A DNA stretch of 64,000 nucleotides from a virus, in IMG/VR virus record IMGVR_UViG_3300022221_000006, positions 1 to 64,000 of that record; one strand, given 5' to 3'. Positions within the stretch are counted from its first letter, which is position 1. Each line of letters opens with the position of its first letter. Below, piece after piece: positions 63,034 to 64,000 of the stretch. The notes below the pieces were generated by a model, which saw only the letters and a list, made by a program, of their open reading frames with translations, had not been told where the DNA came from and searched no databases. Both the position numbers and the translations under genes were made by a program.

Positions 63034-63843
63034 ATGACAAACAATGTATTAATTGAAGGGCTAACCTGCTATAGATGTGAAAGTAAGAGCGTAAGTCTCT
63101 ACTCAGACCGTTCTGGGTTCTGCTTCTCTTGCACAAGCAAATTATATGGAGTACGTACGTCCATAACGACGGTTGTATGTTTACACTTCATAGAAACTGT
63201 GGCCGCCTTATCAACGAAAAAACTGCTCTCCGCTCGTTCTGTGAGGCATATGCCAGGAGGACGTCGCCTGTGGACTGTTTGCAATCGACTTGGTTTTATA
63301 AACTTCGGGAGGTGGACACAGGGAGAACCTACGATGGAAATGGCTAAACATCTGCACTCTGAGTATCATGAGTATAAATCTACTGCCCCTATTATATCAA
63401 AGGTAGGCTCTCCTGAGCACGTACAGAAATGGACAGAGAATGCTCTGAAATGGTTGGAGGAAGTATATATTCGTGCGCTTATGGATAAGGACGGGCAATA
63501 CAAATGTAGTGACGTCTCAGGACTGTCAGGAGGTCCTTCCTTCAATGTCTGCGCAGCTCGTATAGGTCTTATCAATAAGGTGGGTGGAGAATTTTTCTGG
63601 CCAGACCTCCAGACTGAACCTACCGAAGAGGACGCTGAGCGGCTGGCAAGAGCGTATATCGCCTATCAACATAAACGTCCCGTTGCCGCTGAGAGGGTCA
63701 CAGAAGAAGTGGCTCCCGTTGAGGTAGCAGAGCTTGAACGTTCTGTGTTTGAACCTAAGGATTATTCAGGTATAGGTGCTCTTGAAAAAGTTGACTTAAT
63801 GCTCGAAAAATTAGACCGTATACTGTTTCACATATACGAGTAA
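63034..63843 (+). CDS. zinc-ribbon protein with internal repeat
   Basis: CYRC...LYSD.SGFCFSC; RLGFIN...W...EPT.E.A twice. Confidence 0.65.
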   Translation: MTNNVLIEGLTCYRCESKSVSLYSDRSGFCFSCTSKLYGVRTSITTVVCLHFIETVAALSTKKLLSARSVRHMPGGRRLWTVCNRLGFINFGRWTQGEPTMEMAKHLHSEYHEYKSTAPIISKVGSPEHVQKWTENALKWLEEVYIRALMDKDGQYKCSDVSGLSGGPSFNVCAARIGLINKVGGEFFWPDLQTEPTEEDAERLARAYIAYQHKRPVAAERVTEEVAPVEVAELERSVFEPKDYSGIGALEKVDLMLEKLDRILFHIYE

Positions 63844-64000
63844 TTCTCGGTCAATAATTAATAAAAACAGTTAGGATTAAGGGTATGGGGCACCCCTTTT
63901 AAGTGCCCCTAACATTAGGAGAAAAACTATGGAGATTGAAATATCCCCAAAGCAAGCCACCCTGTTCATGAAACTTGGGTATTCTATAAAATGTTTCGTT

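Noticed and set aside
1-64000. Prophage, integration module or alternative genetic code
   Set aside because: No integrase, repressor or host genes seen; long ORFs are intact under the standard code

Overview
The window is a 64-kb segment of a lytic, long-tailed (siphovirus-type) dsDNA phage, probably of a Gram-negative host. Essentially all credible genes are on the + strand, and no integrase, tRNA or CRISPR array was recognised. Layout: accessory genes including three tandem paralogue pairs (1-3954); a late/morphogenesis module (terminase, tail fibre, portal, capsid, tail, 2573-aa tape measure, tail tip; 4413-40816); a two-gene insert; holin and M15 endolysin (42029-42891); small putative early genes and a stand-alone T7-type RNA polymerase (43000-46837); and a T7-like replication and nucleotide-metabolism block (SSB, Pol A, HD hydrolase, exonuclease, primase-helicase, class II RNR). 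The main finding is a second, intact single-subunit RNA polymerase fused to a MuF/SPP1-gp7 minor head protein between portal and scaffold, which suggests a virion-packaged RNAP. Two repeated promoter-like motif classes split cleanly between putative early and late genes, implying a two-polymerase transcription cascade. A third, covarying two-hairpin motif recurs in intergenic gaps of the replication block. All calls come from reading motifs by eye; no database searches were run, so novelty is unverified.
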